NCBI GenBank assembly: GCA_964412105.1
Contig: CAYPNM010000006.1
Location: 28,233 to 92,232 of the forward strand
Source: an uncultured Ignavibacteriaceae bacterium
GTDB taxonomy: Bacteria > Bacteroidota > Ignavibacteria > Ignavibacteriales > Ignavibacteriaceae
Length of the DNA stretch: 64,000 bases
Reading direction: 5' to 3'
Shown: in pieces, positions 18,200 through 28,322 of the stretch
How the letters are laid out: each line of letters starts with the position of its first letter
Position numbering within the stretch: position 1 is the first letter of the stretch
The notes under the pieces: generated by a model
Told to the model about the DNA's origin: nothing
Databases searched by the model: none
What the model saw: only the letters and a program-made list of their open reading frames with translations
Position numbers and translations under genes: made by a program

Positions 18200-18631
18200 T
18201 TAAATCAGAAGGACTGAGTTGTTTAAATATAGGGTGTTGCTTTGAAGCAGAGGAGGAGAAGTATCAATATATGTATAAGTGGAAATTTCTTGTTCTGTTT
18301 CTGAAGAGATATTATTAGATACAGGGAGAACTATATTAACTGATTGATTTTGAGATTCTGTTTTATTTGATATATAAGAATCTTTAACACCAATAGTGAT
18401 AAATTCCTGTGAGCAGCAGTTTTCATCTTTAAATGTAATGCTTTTTTCGGCTGCTTTTTTCATTTCAAAAGGACAATTCAATTCATTTGTTTCCTTTCCG
18501 GATGTAAGCAGAGAGCATTCAGTTTTTATCGCTTTATTCAAGATATTACAGAATTCTACAGAGAATGGCAGTCCCGTTGTTGAAACGAAGAACAAAAAGA
18601 GTAAGGTTAATGTGGATACTTTTTTTATCAC
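18200..18631 (-). CDS. small secreted Cys-rich protein resembling the HYC_CC_PP family
   Basis: GTG start. N-terminal hydrophobic segment ..FFVSTTGLPFSVEFC (position of the HYC motif), ENCCSQEF (CC motif), and C-terminal SPPLLQSNTLYLNNSVLLI (PP motif). It is the first gene of the efflux operon. Confidence 0.55.
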   Translation of the reverse strand: MIKKVSTLTLLFLFFVSTTGLPFSVEFCNILNKAIKTECSLLTSGKETNELNCPFEMKKAAEKSITFKDENCCSQEFITIGVKDSYISNKTESQNQSVNIVLPVSNNISSETEQEISTYTYIDTSPPLLQSNTLYLNNSVLLI

Positions 18632-19154
18632 TATTAAGTCTAAATTAAATAAATTTTCTTTATTTACAAAAACAACATATATGCCAACCTTAAAAAGGTT
18701 ACTATGTGAGCAGAATTCGCATTTTTCATAGTGTAGTTAAATTAGAATTCCCAATTTTGAGATTAGAAACATTTGAATTATTATTATTCTAGAAATAAAT
18801 ATACCAAATGGCCCATTCTGTGCTTTATATATTAAATATTAAAATGTACAGTATTTTAAGCTGATTTATGATATGTGATAAATACTCCATGTATTTTAAT
18901 TACTATATTTAACGGATAATAAAGTAATGAATTAAACTATGGGAGATATTTACTTTCACAGAAATGCCTTCCTCAGGAAAGGATGAATTTATTATATTAT
19001 TGATAGTTTTGAAGTAATTTTCCATATTCATAAATAATATTTGTCTTTATCTTAAAGTAACCTTTTAAATATTTTTGACTTCACCTAATTAGATATTGAT
19101 GAAATTTCTCATTATCAAATAATAAAACCATCTCTAAAAAATAGGCATTTACAT

Positions 19155-19499
19155 ATGAAGAAATTTCCTATTTATTTATTTATCATATTATTGTCACTTT
19201 TAATTGGATGCTCTCAGACTATGGAAATTCCTAAGGATAAAGTAGCACCGACACTAATACGAAAATTAACTGAACTACAGCAAAATCATTCTGACCAAAT
19301 TATTAATTTCATCGGGAAGTGTAATTCTGAAGTAAGCCCAGAGATAAAAGAAGATCTTGAGCGATCTGATATTAGTGTACACACAGTAAGTAAAGATATT
19401 TTTACTGGTAGCGGAAATTATAAATCGATCTTAAAAATAGTCATAAAGGATTACATAAAATGGCTGGAGACACCGAGAGAAACACATTCTATAAATTAA
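19155..19499 (+). CDS. small lipoprotein of unknown function
   Basis: Lipobox LLIGC. 114 aa. Located 76 nt upstream of the subtilase gene. Confidence 0.6.
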   Translation: MKKFPIYLFIILLSLLIGCSQTMEIPKDKVAPTLIRKLTELQQNHSDQIINFIGKCNSEVSPEIKEDLERSDISVHTVSKDIFTGSGNYKSILKIVIKDYIKWLETPRETHSIN

Positions 19500-19575
19500 G
19501 AAAGTTTTAATGAGCCTCAGCAGGCAAATTCAACGTTACATCAAAAATTGTTATTAATGAAATACTGGAGTGATA

Positions 19576-22260
19576 ATGAAAAATTTATTTGTTTTTTTAT
19601 TAATTACGATTCTTAACGTAAACCTATTCAGTCAGAACATAAGTTCAAATATAATTAAAAAAATTGATCCTAGATTGATCTCAATACTAAATACGCCTCC
19701 TAATCTTTTGAAATCCGCCAGCTTGACATTGCCTGGTTCAATTCAGATAGATAACGATGTATTGAGAGTTATAGTAAAGACCAATAATGTTTCAGAATTA
19801 AAAGCGGAAGGTTTTAATGTAAACTCATCATTTCAAAAATTTTCAACTATTAGAATGAATCCATGGAATCTTGCTAAACTGGCATCAATTAATGGCGTAG
19901 AGTTTATTTCTGCAGGACATGTTACTTATCCTACGAATGATGTTGGTGGCGCAACTGTGGGAGCTAAATTATTAAATTCAGGCTATATCAACAACACTCA
20001 ATATAAAGGACAGGGTGTTTTATTATGTATTATTGATACAGGAATTGATTGGAAACATCTTGATTTCCGAGATCCCACAGATACAACTAAAAGCAGGATA
20101 GTATATATCTGGGACCAAACTTTGACTAAAACAGGTATTGAAAAAACGCCACAGGACAGAGATGGTGTTAATTTAGCCGGCTTAAACTATGGAGTTGAAT
20201 ATTCTCAATTGGATATTGATAATGAACTTAATGGCTCAACCGTAGGCCTTGTGAGGGAAAAAGATATTAATGGCCATGGTTCTCACGTTGCAGGTATAGC
20301 AGCAGGAAATGGAGCAACGCTATTGGATAAAAAATATGCAGGAATTGCGCCAGAAGCAGATTTATTAATAGTGAAGGCTGGCAACGGTTCTTTTCCGGAT
20401 AATAATGTAATTGATGCATTAACTTATGCAGGAAAGATAGCCGCCCAGTTAGGAAAACCTATCGTAGTTAATATGAGTTTAGGCTCAGACGGGGGTCCAC
20501 ACGATGGATCAACAACTAGGGAACAGGCTGTGGATAATTTTGTTACATCGGCTAATGGTAGAGTTTGCGTTATTTCTGCTGGTAATAGTGGCGCGAGTAA
20601 TATTCATATAACTGGTACAATTCCAAATTCAAGCACTATCGAGTTTGATATTAATGTTCCGTCATATACGCCCCAAGCTGGTAATAATAATGATAATTTT
20701 GATTTTGATCTCTGGTTTAATACCAACGGAGGGGTAAGTGCTACAGTAACTACTCCTAACGCTATTCAGGTTAGCAGTTCGACCAGTACCAACGATGGAG
20801 ATGTCTTCATCGGGAATGCTGTTGATGGTAACAATAATAATAGGGAAGTTGAATATTACATTTATGATCAGGATGCTACTAAACCTCCCGCCCAAGGAAA
20901 CTGGAAATTTTATGTTACCAATACTTCTGGCTCATCAATGATTTATCATGGGTGGCTAAATGATGCTTCTATGCCCGCTACTTTAACAAATGGTGACGCA
21001 AATTATACGGTTGGTTCACCAGGCACGGCTACTGATGCTCTAACAGTTGGTTCGTTTGTAACAAGATGGAGTTGGAAAAGTATTAATGGCGGTTCATATG
21101 AATATACAGGCACAAATCTTTCTGATAATATTTCTTCATTCAGCAGTATTGGCCCCAGAAGAGATGGGGTACAGAAACCAGATATAGCTGCACCAGGACA
21201 GGCAATTATTTCAGTGAAATCTTCCGATTCATCTCCAGATAGTACCTGGGTTATTCCTGGTGGAAAGTATCTTGTTGAGCAAGGTACAAGTATGTCTTCG
21301 CCAATGACAGCAGGATGTGTTGCACTTCTTCTGCAGCAAAACCCCGACCTAAGTTACGGCCAAGTAAAATCTTACATTATAAACAATGCCTCTACTGATT
21401 CTTATACTAGCACTGTGCCCAATTATAGCTGGGGGTACGGTAAATTAAATATTTTTAGTTCAATGGTGAGTTTATTAAATCCTGGAGGGCCGAAGAACTT
21501 TAAAATTTTTATTTATGATCAATGGAACAATGTTCAATACGGGTATACAAACCTAAACCCAAACGATAAAATTGCTGTCAGATTTACACCAGGATTTAGT
21601 GGAACGGTCGTTGGAGGATTTATTGATCTATACAATAATAATATTGTAGGAAATATAAGTTTTGAAATTTGGTCTGATAATGGTGGGCTACCAGGTTCAA
21701 AATTGGGAAATACTGTTAATTATGATGCGAGTAATATAAATCCCAATACCTGGAATTTTATTGATCTTCAAACTGCAAATGTTAGTGTCACTAGTGGGAC
21801 TGATTATCATATTATCGCTTATTTTTCATCCGGCTCTGCAACCGGGGTTTTTCTTGACGACGGAAACATTGATAATCGTTCGTCAAAGTACTCAAATTCT
21901 ACAAGTTTATGGGCGGCATATCCATATGATCTTAGGATAAGACCAATAGTTGCTGCAGATAAATCTCTTCCAGTTGAACAGAATGCTTTTGTTCCATTGA
22001 AATATGATTTATATAATAACTTTCCCAACCCTTTTAATCCGTCAACTATAATAAAATACGATTTACCTAAAAGCAGTTTTGTAAGATTGAAAATATATGA
22101 TATTCTTGGCAGGGAAATAAAGACCCTTGTAAATAATGAACAGATCGCCGGAAAATATGAAGTTCCATTTATAGGAACAAATCTTGCAAGCGGGGTATAT
22201 TTTTATAGAATCGAGGCAGGTGATTTTATTGAGACCAAGAAAATGGTTTTGCTGAAATGA
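19576..22260 (+). CDS. S8 (subtilisin-family) serine peptidase with a T9SS C-terminal sorting domain
   Basis: Catalytic triad contexts IIDTGIDWKH (Asp), NGHGSHVAGIAAG (His) and GTSMSSPMTAGCVALL (Ser). C-terminal FPNPFNPSTIIKYDL...GVYFYRIEAGDFIETKKMVLLK. I prefer the ATG at 19576 (GGAG 5 nt upstream) to the GTG at 19570. Confidence 0.92.
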   Translation: MKNLFVFLLITILNVNLFSQNISSNIIKKIDPRLISILNTPPNLLKSASLTLPGSIQIDNDVLRVIVKTNNVSELKAEGFNVNSSFQKFSTIRMNPWNLAKLASINGVEFISAGHVTYPTNDVGGATVGAKLLNSGYINNTQYKGQGVLLCIIDTGIDWKHLDFRDPTDTTKSRIVYIWDQTLTKTGIEKTPQDRDGVNLAGLNYGVEYSQLDIDNELNGSTVGLVREKDINGHGSHVAGIAAGNGATLLDKKYAGIAPEADLLIVKAGNGSFPDNNVIDALTYAGKIAAQLGKPIVVNMSLGSDGGPHDGSTTREQAVDNFVTSANGRVCVISAGNSGASNIHITGTIPNSSTIEFDINVPSYTPQAGNNNDNFDFDLWFNTNGGVSATVTTPNAIQVSSSTSTNDGDVFIGNAVDGNNNNREVEYYIYDQDATKPPAQGNWKFYVTNTSGSSMIYHGWLNDASMPATLTNGDANYTVGSPGTATDALTVGSFVTRWSWKSINGGSYEYTGTNLSDNISSFSSIGPRRDGVQKPDIAAPGQAIISVKSSDSSPDSTWVIPGGKYLVEQGTSMSSPMTAGCVALLLQQNPDLSYGQVKSYIINNASTDSYTSTVPNYSWGYGKLNIFSSMVSLLNPGGPKNFKIFIYDQWNNVQYGYTNLNPNDKIAVRFTPGFSGTVVGGFIDLYNNNIVGNISFEIWSDNGGLPGSKLGNTVNYDASNINPNTWNFIDLQTANVSVTSGTDYHIIAYFSSGSATGVFLDDGNIDNRSSKYSNSTSLWAAYPYDLRIRPIVAADKSLPVEQNAFVPLKYDLYNNFPNPFNPSTIIKYDLPKSSFVRLKIYDILGREIKTLVNNEQIAGKYEVPFIGTNLASGVYFYRIEAGDFIETKKMVLLK

Positions 22261-22269
22261 TTATTTTAT

Positions 22270-22305
22270 GCAAAGCTCATCTATTAGCAAAAAGATGGGC
22301 TTTGC
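22270..22305. terminator. bidirectional terminator hairpin between convergent genes
   Basis: 13-bp stem GCAAAGCTCATCT / AGATGGGCTTTGC (1 mismatch), 10-nt loop, T-rich flank. Confidence 0.7.
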
Positions 22306-22319
22306 TATTTAGGTTTAAA

Positions 22320-22667
22320 TTAATTTTTTTGATACAGCCCTATCATATTTTCATCAGGGTCCTTTATTAAGGCATAATAACCCATTGCGGGAATTATTGT
22401 TTTTCCTCTGAATACCTGACCACCAATGTCTTTAGCTTTTACCAGCAGGCTGTCGATGTCTTTTACATTTATGTGAAAAGTGGTAGTATCACCGCTCTTA
22501 ACGGAATCAACTTTTCTTAACCCCACAGTCAAACCCTTATATGTATTATAAAGTAAATAGCCTTTTCCAAATGGTTTAAAATCCCATTTAAAGAGTTTCA
22601 TAAAAAATTCAGTAGTTCTATTAAGATTAGTGGAAGGTATTTCAACGTGCGCAATAAGATCTGACAT
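22320..22667 (-). CDS. VOC-family (glyoxalase/bleomycin-resistance fold) protein
   Basis: 115 aa. HVEIPSTNL..FF..LFKW...G and YALIKDPDENMIGLYQ are typical of the VOC fold. Confidence 0.7.
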   Translation of the reverse strand: MSDLIAHVEIPSTNLNRTTEFFMKLFKWDFKPFGKGYLLYNTYKGLTVGLRKVDSVKSGDTTTFHINVKDIDSLLVKAKDIGGQVFRGKTIIPAMGYYALIKDPDENMIGLYQKN

Positions 22668-22864
22668 AATAAACCCCGAATGTTAATAATTATAATAATT
22701 TGCTATTTCTAAATTAAAATATATTTCCAATAAAATCTCCTAAATTGATTGAAAAGGACATTAATTCCAGTTTTCGCTTAATCTTATTGACTTTAAGATT
22801 ACTGATTAATAGTTTTTTCCCAGCCTAAACTAAATCATTTATTTAATAAGTTCTGAGGAGTGCC

Positions 22865-23287
22865 ATGAATAAAAAAGTATGGATCACTTTTATTGTGGTT
22901 TTTATAGTATACTTTTTGCTGGGCTGGTTAGTGAATGAGGTTTTGTTGGCTTCAACTTATCAATTGCTTCCCGCCGGTATGATGAGACCTCCTGATGTCA
23001 TAATGTCAAATTTATGGATAATTGCTGTTAGCCATCTTTTTTATGCTTTCTTTTTCACTTTCATTTTCTCAAAAGGTTTTGAGAATAAAGGCTGGATGGA
23101 AGGGGTACGATTTGGTCTTTATGTTGGATTAATGGTGTCTGTACCAATGGCTTATATAGCATATGCCACACAACCAATACCATACTCACTTGCATTTCAG
23201 TGGTTTATCTATGGGACGTTGTCTAATGTAATTATTGGCGTAGTTGCTGCATTGATATATAAACCTAAAGCTTCAGCAACGGTTTAG
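22865..23287 (+). CDS. integral membrane protein of unknown function (4 predicted TM helices)
   Basis: GAGGAG upstream. Hydrophobicity pattern only. Confidence 0.5.
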   Translation: MNKKVWITFIVVFIVYFLLGWLVNEVLLASTYQLLPAGMMRPPDVIMSNLWIIAVSHLFYAFFFTFIFSKGFENKGWMEGVRFGLYVGLMVSVPMAYIAYATQPIPYSLAFQWFIYGTLSNVIIGVVAALIYKPKASATV

Positions 23288-23397
23288 ATTTTGAATACAC
23301 TGTTCGTTTAAATATGGAAGGGCTCATTCAATTTGGATTGGATGAGCTATTTCATTTTAAAAGTATTATCTGTTCTAAAAATGGGAATATAAATGTA

Positions 23398-24795
23398 TTA
23401 AATACCTTTTGTATCGCCTTTAACCATATGCCAAATTGTTAAAAGAATTATTTGCAAGTCAAGCCAAAGTGACCAGTTTTCAATATACCACAAATCATAT
23501 TCTATTCTTTTTATTGTTCTCTTTTTATTTTCCTCTATATCGTCTACATCACCCCTTAATCCGTGAACTTGTGCCCACCCTGTAATACCTGGTTTAACCC
23601 ATGATCTTATTTTGATATTATCAACCATTTGCTTATAAAAGTTATGAAAAGTAATATAATGCGGGCGAGGCCCTACCACCGACATATCTCCTTTTAAAAC
23701 ATTAATGAACTGGGGGAGTTCATCAATATTTGATTTTCTCAAAAATCTACCAAGCTTTGTAACGCGAGGATCATTTTTCAGTGTTGGATTGAATCCTTCC
23801 TTTGTCTTAGCCTCTATCATAGTGCGGAATTTATAGCACTTGAAGAATTCATCGTTTCTTCCAACCCTCTCTTGAACAAATAATAACTTACCCTTTGAAC
23901 TAAATAGATTTATAAGATAAAGGATTGAAAAAGCCCAAGGTAAAATCAGAACTATAATTAAGATTGATAAAATAATATCTACAGTTCTTTTAACAAATCT
24001 CCAATGTGCTTCTGCCAGAGGTTCATCTCTTACTGTAATTATCGGGAAATCACCGATCATGTTTATCTGGTATTTTTTTGAAAGAAACTTAAAGTAATCG
24101 GGTATGATATGTACTCTTTGTGCATTTCGGTTGCAAATTTTAATAATTTTATCGAGCTGGCTAGATTCATAAATCGGGAGGGCTATAACTATTACATTTG
24201 TTTTACTTTGATTAATCACTTTTTCTAAATCAGCAATACTTCCCAGTATGTCTTTGTTTTCTTTATTGGGAGTATCATCCAAAAATCCAACAAACCGGTA
24301 TCCGAAATCCTCGCGACTGTCAATAAGTTCCCGAAAACTTTGCCCCAGCTCGCCGCCACCGATGATCAAAACATTCTTTAAATTTTTTTCTTTTCCCCTT
24401 ATGCTTATTACAATATGCTTTATTATCTGAATCCTTGCACTTACAAGCACCAAAAGGAAAAACGAATAATAAAGAATAAAATTCCTAGTGAACAAATCTT
24501 CTTTTGCTACGAAGATGAAAAGAACGGCAGTGATGCTCTGAACAAATATATTTTTCACTAATCCTGAAAAAAGGTATGAAAATGATCTGGTAGCGGCATC
24601 TTCATAAAATCCGGTAACATTTGAAAAAAAATACCAAATGAAATTAAGGGCAACCATCAAAACAAGCATATAGGGACGGGAAAGAAATATGTGCAAGGAT
24701 TGCGCTAAAACTGCGGCCAGTAAAAAAGAAAAATTTATTACAATAAGATCACTAAATAGTCTTAAATAATATATAGATTTTTGGTTGCCAAACAT
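23398..24795 (-). CDS. polyprenyl-phosphate sugar-phosphate transferase (WbaP/WcaJ-like initiating enzyme)
   Basis: N-terminal TM block, central Rossmann-like domain, and C-terminal bacterial sugar transferase motifs DELPQFINVLKGDMSVVGPRP and PGITGWAQVHG. Confidence 0.9.
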   Translation of the reverse strand: MFGNQKSIYYLRLFSDLIVINFSFLLAAVLAQSLHIFLSRPYMLVLMVALNFIWYFFSNVTGFYEDAATRSFSYLFSGLVKNIFVQSITAVLFIFVAKEDLFTRNFILYYSFFLLVLVSARIQIIKHIVISIRGKEKNLKNVLIIGGGELGQSFRELIDSREDFGYRFVGFLDDTPNKENKDILGSIADLEKVINQSKTNVIVIALPIYESSQLDKIIKICNRNAQRVHIIPDYFKFLSKKYQINMIGDFPIITVRDEPLAEAHWRFVKRTVDIILSILIIVLILPWAFSILYLINLFSSKGKLLFVQERVGRNDEFFKCYKFRTMIEAKTKEGFNPTLKNDPRVTKLGRFLRKSNIDELPQFINVLKGDMSVVGPRPHYITFHNFYKQMVDNIKIRSWVKPGITGWAQVHGLRGDVDDIEENKKRTIKRIEYDLWYIENWSLWLDLQIILLTIWHMVKGDTKGI

Positions 24796-24822
24796 TCCAG
24801 AATTAATTATTAGTCACTAAAA

Positions 24823-25938
24823 TTACTTGTATTTTTCCTTAAGTTTTTCTTCAATAAAGTCTTTTATTTTAGTCTCAAACACCTTTCTTTCAAATTGCTT
24901 TGCATATTCTGCAATGGAGGCATGGTTAAAAGAATCTTTTTTATTTTCAAATCTTTCCACTGCATTTTTAATTGAAAGAGCATTTTGTTCGTTGAAATGA
25001 ATTCCATTAACACTATCAATGACAGTTTCTGCAGTTCCGCCTTTATTAAAGGCTATAACGGGCGTACCGGAAGCCATTGCTTCTATGACTGTTATGCCGA
25101 AATCCTCCTCTGCAGCGAAAACAAAAGCTTTAGCCTTCTTAAATAAAACTTTTAACTTTTCTCCGGTTTGATATCCTACAAACTGAACATTTTTTGCAGC
25201 TTTTGCTTTTATTTTTTCTTCATCAGGCCCATCACCGACAATTATTAATTTCTTTTCAGGCATGAGAGAAAATGCTTCTACAATTATGTCTACTCTCTTA
25301 TAAGGCACAAAGCGTGCAGCTGTTAAGTAATAATCTTCCTTTTCATCACAAAATTCAAATTTACTAATATCAACCGGTGGATTTATAACAGTGGCTTCCC
25401 GGTTGTAGATTTTTTTAATTCTTCCTGCAATGTAGTTTGAATTAGCGATATAATAATCAGGCCTATTAGCTGTTGATATATCCCACATCCTGATATAATG
25501 CAGCATTGATCTTGCGATCATTCCTTTCAATCCGCCTGTTAAATTTGACTCCTTAAGATATTGATGAGTCAAATCCCATGCATATCTCATTGGTGTATGT
25601 GAATAGCAAATATGCAATTGATTAGAGTTAGTAAGAGCACCTTTGGCCACAGCGTGAGAACTGGAAATTACTAAATCATATTCTGATAAATCAAATTGCT
25701 CAACAGCAAGCGGAAAAAGTGCCAGATATTTTCTCGCCTTACTTTTAGCAAAAGGCAATTTTTGTATAAATGATGTGGTGGGCATTTTGCCTTTGGTAAT
25801 AAGTTTCAGGTCGTCTTTATTTAAAAAATTAAACAGCACAAATAAATCGGCATCGGGATAAAGGTTAGTGAATGATTCAACACACCTTTCAGAACCTGCG
25901 TAAGTAGTCAACCATTCGTGTACTATTGCTGTTTTCAA
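24823..25938 (-). CDS. glycosyltransferase family 4
   Basis: GT-B fold C-terminal motif EDFGITVIEAMASGTPVIAFNKGG. Overlaps the upstream GT gene by 4 nt. Confidence 0.85.
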   Translation of the reverse strand: MKTAIVHEWLTTYAGSERCVESFTNLYPDADLFVLFNFLNKDDLKLITKGKMPTTSFIQKLPFAKSKARKYLALFPLAVEQFDLSEYDLVISSSHAVAKGALTNSNQLHICYSHTPMRYAWDLTHQYLKESNLTGGLKGMIARSMLHYIRMWDISTANRPDYYIANSNYIAGRIKKIYNREATVINPPVDISKFEFCDEKEDYYLTAARFVPYKRVDIIVEAFSLMPEKKLIIVGDGPDEEKIKAKAAKNVQFVGYQTGEKLKVLFKKAKAFVFAAEEDFGITVIEAMASGTPVIAFNKGGTAETVIDSVNGIHFNEQNALSIKNAVERFENKKDSFNHASIAEYAKQFERKVFETKIKDFIEEKLKEKYK

Positions 25939-27050
25939 TTTTCCCTTCGTATTGATAAATAAAGTTGTTTTGTTTTTTCAGCCATAATGCTAACTGTAAA
26001 CTCTTTTTCTATTTTTGATTTTGCATTTTCTGAAAATTGTTTCCATTTTTCCTTGTTTTCGGAAAGTTTTAATAGATAAAAAGCTGCTTCTTCAGGCTTG
26101 TTAATATCAAATAGGTAACCATTTTCAGAATGTTTGACCAAGTCATAATTTCCATCAACTTTAGTTGCAATTACGGGCAGTCCAACTGACATTGCTTCCA
26201 TTATGCCGAGAGGAAGCCCTTCCCATCTTGATGTAGAAATATAACAAAATGAGTCGATTAAATAATCGATAGGGTTTGTCTTAAATCCCAAAAACTTGAA
26301 AATACTTGATAATCCATTTTCTTCGGCAAGCAATCGGACCTTGTTTTGTTCGGGGCCGCTACCAATAAGCTGGATTTCAAATTTATGTAATGCTCCATTG
26401 GTTTTTATTTTATTAAAAATGGGAATTAGAAGTTCAGAATTTTTTGCATAATCAAATCTGCTTATTGTAACAATTTTCAATTTCGTTTTAGATAAATAAT
26501 CGAAATTCACAATTTTGCTGGTTAATTCAACTCCATTGTGAATAATTAGTATTTTATCACTTTTAGCTAGTTTTAACGAAATCACAGTAGCTCTTTCGGA
26601 TTCAGACACACATATAAATTTGTTCGTAAATTTCGACAAATATCTTTCGATGGTAAGATAAAGAAATTTGCTTAAGGGATTGTACTCCCCTAAATGAATT
26701 CCGTGAAAAGTATGGATGCTAATAGTTCCTTTTGAACGGGATAGCAGTCTTCCATAAATACCGGCTCCCTTACCGTGTGAATGTATAATATTTATATTGT
26801 TCTTTTTAATAATGTGTTTAAGTTTTGAGAGCTTAAAAATATTGAATTTCCTGTGAGGGATTGTAAAAACTCTTTTTTCCCCAACGATATCTACATAAAT
26901 GTCAAAGTAAGGCTCTTCCTTTGGACAGGCAACAAAGAAGTCAAATGCCGTTGATAATGTTTTTAATAATAAATATATGTGTTTTGGCCCACCTCCATGA
27001 TCGGCTCTTACAGTCAACAATAATATTTTTATTTTCTTTTCCTTAGACAT
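25935..27050 (-). CDS. glycosyltransferase family 4
   Basis: SRWEGLPLGIMEAMSVGLPVIATKVDG (the ExxxxxxE region of GT4). Confidence 0.85.
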   Translation of the reverse strand: MSKEKKIKILLLTVRADHGGGPKHIYLLLKTLSTAFDFFVACPKEEPYFDIYVDIVGEKRVFTIPHRKFNIFKLSKLKHIIKKNNINIIHSHGKGAGIYGRLLSRSKGTISIHTFHGIHLGEYNPLSKFLYLTIERYLSKFTNKFICVSESERATVISLKLAKSDKILIIHNGVELTSKIVNFDYLSKTKLKIVTISRFDYAKNSELLIPIFNKIKTNGALHKFEIQLIGSGPEQNKVRLLAEENGLSSIFKFLGFKTNPIDYLIDSFCYISTSRWEGLPLGIMEAMSVGLPVIATKVDGNYDLVKHSENGYLFDINKPEEAAFYLLKLSENKEKWKQFSENAKSKIEKEFTVSIMAEKTKQLYLSIRREN

Positions 27051-27158
27051 TTATCATTTGAAGGATACTTATATAATTTATTTCGCGGCTACATATAAAC
27101 TGCCTTAATTAATATGAGAATACAAAAACATTCCGGGATTAAAATCCAGTTTCCATTT

Positions 27159-28322
27159 TCAGAATTCTAATGCCTTGATTAATTCTTTGTAGCGGATTTT
27201 CCAATCGTTCAGTCTTGCCGATTCTACCAGCTCGTTTTTGTTTATTTGATTTTTGGTAGCCTTCTTTAGAAGTTGGACAAATTCATCATATGTATTATAT
27301 AGAAATGCCTTTGTATTCATTTTCTCAAGCTCACTCCAACGTGCAGAAACAACGGGCAACCCGCACGCAAAATATTGATGGAGTTTTATTGGATTAACAT
27401 ATTCAATCAACTTTCCAGAATTTTTTATATCAAAAGGGATAATGCCCGTATCAGAATTATGAAGATATCCAGGCAACTCATCGCTTATTTTAATTCCCAG
27501 TACGTGAATATTTGGATAGTTGCTGAATTCCCTTTTTGCAATAATATCATTGCCGATTAAGACGAACGAGAATTGAGGGAGGGCAATTGCAGCATATTTA
27601 ATCAATCTAAAATCGAACCTTGTTTCCATTTCCCCTATGTAGATAATTCGTGGATGCGGAATTGATTTTAAATCTTCCGGTTCTTCTCTGCGTCCATTTG
27701 CAAATTTTTCAAAGTTCACTCCATTTGGAAAATAAAGTGACTTCTTATCCTTAATATTTTCAATATAGTGTTCAAGATTTTTTGCTGTATAAAGTATAAG
27801 GTCAACATTCTTAGCAAGATTTTCTTCCATTACTTTCGTGTAGTCGGTATATTTTTTATAACCGGCATAATTATCAGCTATCCGAAAAACGGATTTCTTA
27901 TAATTAATTATTTTTAACCAACTACCTTGGGTGGCATTATCAAAATAAAGCAAGTCAACCTTATCAAATCCGTTATTCTTCAATTTATAATATATACGGG
28001 GGACAGTAAATTTGTACCAGTTTTCAAAAACAAACCTAGTATTAAGTATGGGAAAATTTTGAGGAGGAAGCAAAGTTAAAGGGACATAACTCCACACATT
28101 GTTTATTTTGTCATTTACGCCTCCTGATAACCACAACTTAAATCTATCTTTTATCTGTTTATCATTTATCTTGAGAAGATGTAGAGGGGAAACAGGATCG
28201 GAAACAAAACCAACCTCCCACCCATTTTCAGCAAACAACGACGCAAGTTCATGAGAACCAACTCTGTACGGAGTATTCCAATAATTTGCAGTTATGAAAA
28301 GAGTCTTACGTTTTCCTTTCAT
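27159..28322 (-). CDS. glycosyltransferase (GT-B, TuaH-like)
   Basis: NPIKLHQYFACGLPVVSARW motif. Overlaps the upstream methyltransferase gene by 4 nt. Confidence 0.7.
   Translation of the reverse strand: MKGKRKTLFITANYWNTPYRVGSHELASLFAENGWEVGFVSDPVSPLHLLKINDKQIKDRFKLWLSGGVNDKINNVWSYVPLTLLPPQNFPILNTRFVFENWYKFTVPRIYYKLKNNGFDKVDLLYFDNATQGSWLKIINYKKSVFRIADNYAGYKKYTDYTKVMEENLAKNVDLILYTAKNLEHYIENIKDKKSLYFPNGVNFEKFANGRREEPEDLKSIPHPRIIYIGEMETRFDFRLIKYAAIALPQFSFVLIGNDIIAKREFSNYPNIHVLGIKISDELPGYLHNSDTGIIPFDIKNSGKLIEYVNPIKLHQYFACGLPVVSARWSELEKMNTKAFLYNTYDEFVQLLKKATKNQINKNELVESARLNDWKIRYKELIKALEF

Noticed and set aside
18967-18982. CCTTCC-TCA-GGAAAGG dyad in the cus/S8 divergent intergenic region as a CueR/MerR-type operator.
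   Set aside because: The half-site spacing is 3 nt, against 7 nt in the CueR boxes I remember. The right half is imperfect, and no MerR-family gene is in the window.
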